This document shows positions 62,350 through 64,000 of a DNA stretch of 64,000 nucleotides, piece by piece. This DNA is from Octopus vulgaris (lineage: Eukaryota). Position 1 is the stretch's first letter. Each line of letters starts with the position of its first letter. Both the position numbers and the translations under genes were made by a program. The stretch is taken from positions 47,306,001-47,370,000 of the forward strand of contig OX597814.1 of the NCBI GenBank assembly GCA_951406725.2, read 5' to 3'. Under the pieces are notes generated by a model. The model saw nothing but the letters and a program-made list of their open reading frames with translations. It was not told where the DNA came from and made no database searches.

Positions 62350-63955
62350 AAACATTTTGGTAATTGCCTCCATGTGGCCCAACACTTGAAAGGTACTCAG
62401 CCACTTTGCCTCTGTGAGGCTCAATGTTCAAAAGATGTTCTTTACGTGCCACTGGCACGGGTGCACTTGAATTCATGAGTCCTCTCAAGCACAGCACATT
62501 GTCAAAGGTCTCGGTCACCAGTCATTGCCTCTGTGAGGCTCAAAGTTCAAAGATCATGCTTCATCACCTTGTCCCATGTCTTCCTGGGTCAGCATCTACC
62601 ACAGTTAGAGATCGGCACTTCTTTACACAGCTATCCTTGTCAATACATATCACATGACCATGCATCTCTTGCACCTCACATCTGATTCCTCTTATGCCCA
62701 ACTTTTCTCTCAAGATGCTTACACTCTGTCAAACATGCACACTGACATTGCACATCCTGTGAAGCACACCGGCTTCATTTCTTTCAAGCCTACACATGTT
62801 CTCAGCTGCCTAGCCTATATTTCACTGCCATGCAGCATAGCTGTTCACACGCAAGCATCATACAACTTGTCTTTCACTCTGAGAGAGAGGCCCTTTGTTG
62901 CCAGCAGGGGTAGGAGCTCTCTGAACTTTGTCCAGCCTAGTCTTATTCTCAGAGCATCCACCTCCACTTCTAACTTGGTCACCAAGATAGCGGAAGCTAT
63001 CTACTACCTCTAGCTTTCCTCCTTACCAGTTGATAGAGTCTATTTTCTGCACATTTTCAGCCACATACAAAAGTTATTTCCCTGTTAACCTTCTTCTGAT
63101 GTTGCTGCACCTTTTATGTGTCCATAACTTACACAAGTTGCATTGTATGAAGTTTCTACCTACACCTTTTCTATAGATTGAGCAGGGCCATCTACCTGAA
63201 GAGATTTGTGATTTGTCTACCTTCCTACTTACTAAGACTTTGGTTTTTGTTAGGATAGCTCTAAGGCCCTTTGTTTCTAGATCTTGCTTTCATGTCTGGG
63301 ACTTCTCTAGCTATAAGAGCTAGGTCATCAGCATAGAGGAGCTCTCAGGGGCAGCCTGTCTTAAATTCCTGTTATTGCCTGGAGAACTATGATGAACAAG
63401 AGTGGGCTGAGCACAGATCCTTGGTGAACCCCTACTTGTACCCTGAATTCTTTGCTGTACTCCTTGCCCACCCTCACTTCACTGATAGCATCCTTGTACA
63501 AGGCTTGTACAGCCCTCACCAATCACTCGTCTATCCCTAGTTTCTGCAATGACCACCAGATAAAGGATTGGGGTACCCTATCAAAAGCTTTCTCCAAGTC
63601 AACAAAAGCCAAATACAGAGGTTCGTCTTTGGCTAGGGATTTCTCTTGCAGTTGCCTTACCAGAAATATAGCATCAGTGGTGCTTCTACTTGGCAAAAAA
63701 CCAAACTGCATCTCATCTAGACTAACTCTCGCCCTAATTAGTTGGGCTATGACTCTCTCTGTATCTTTCATCACCTGATCCAACAATTTTATACCTCTAA
63801 TTATTTCTATCTAAGGCACCACCTTTACCTTTGAGGTAGTTGACTATGGAGCTGCTACACCAGTCATTGGGTATGATTCCTTCATGAATCACCTGATTTA
63901 CAATACAGGGGACTAGACCATAACACACACCTGATGGGCCAGGGTGGGGGTGGCT
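62350..63955 (-). mobile_element. Decayed RTE LINE (RT to 3' UTR)
   Basis: ORF 63523-63786 QFGFLPSRSTTDAIFLVRQLQEK...LAFVDLEKAFDRVP, then VGVHQGSVLSPLLF and ELLYADDL. Confidence 0.92.
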
Positions 63956-64000
63956 TTGACTGTCTATTCACTCTCCCTGCCACCAACCAACAACCAACTT

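Overview
AT-rich, repeat-dense eukaryotic DNA, almost certainly from an Octopus (coleoid cephalopod) genome. This is judged from the tRNA-derived SINE families, RTE LINEs with (GAT)n tails and long (TA)/(ATT)/(CA) microsatellites. The only confidently identified host gene is Notchless (NLE1, WD40 ribosome-biogenesis factor) on the + strand. Three internal exons (33654-33856, 37308-37467, 42477-42547) splice in frame; its upstream exons and tiny terminal exon were not found in the window. Everything else I can name is decayed mobile DNA: two Tx1/L1-like LINE copies, several RTE LINEs, Hero-like and R4/Dong-like REL fragments, a Ty3/Gypsy pol remnant, a Penelope (RT + GIY-YIG) remnant, at least three SINE families, and MITEs of piggyBac-, Tc2-, hAT- and long-TIR (Merlin/Mutator-like) type. 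I found no intact novel protein-coding system. The best leads are: (i) short non-coding, often palindromic elements with Penelope-type hammerhead-ribozyme motifs; (ii) a ~23 kb CpG-retaining domain within otherwise CpG-depleted sequence, containing candidate antisense exons; (iii) inverted SINE/LINE pairs around NLE1 exons that could be ADAR or circRNA substrates; (iv) a near-perfect 742 bp foldback transposon with an 8 bp TSD. All calls come from reading the sequence; no searches or counts were run.
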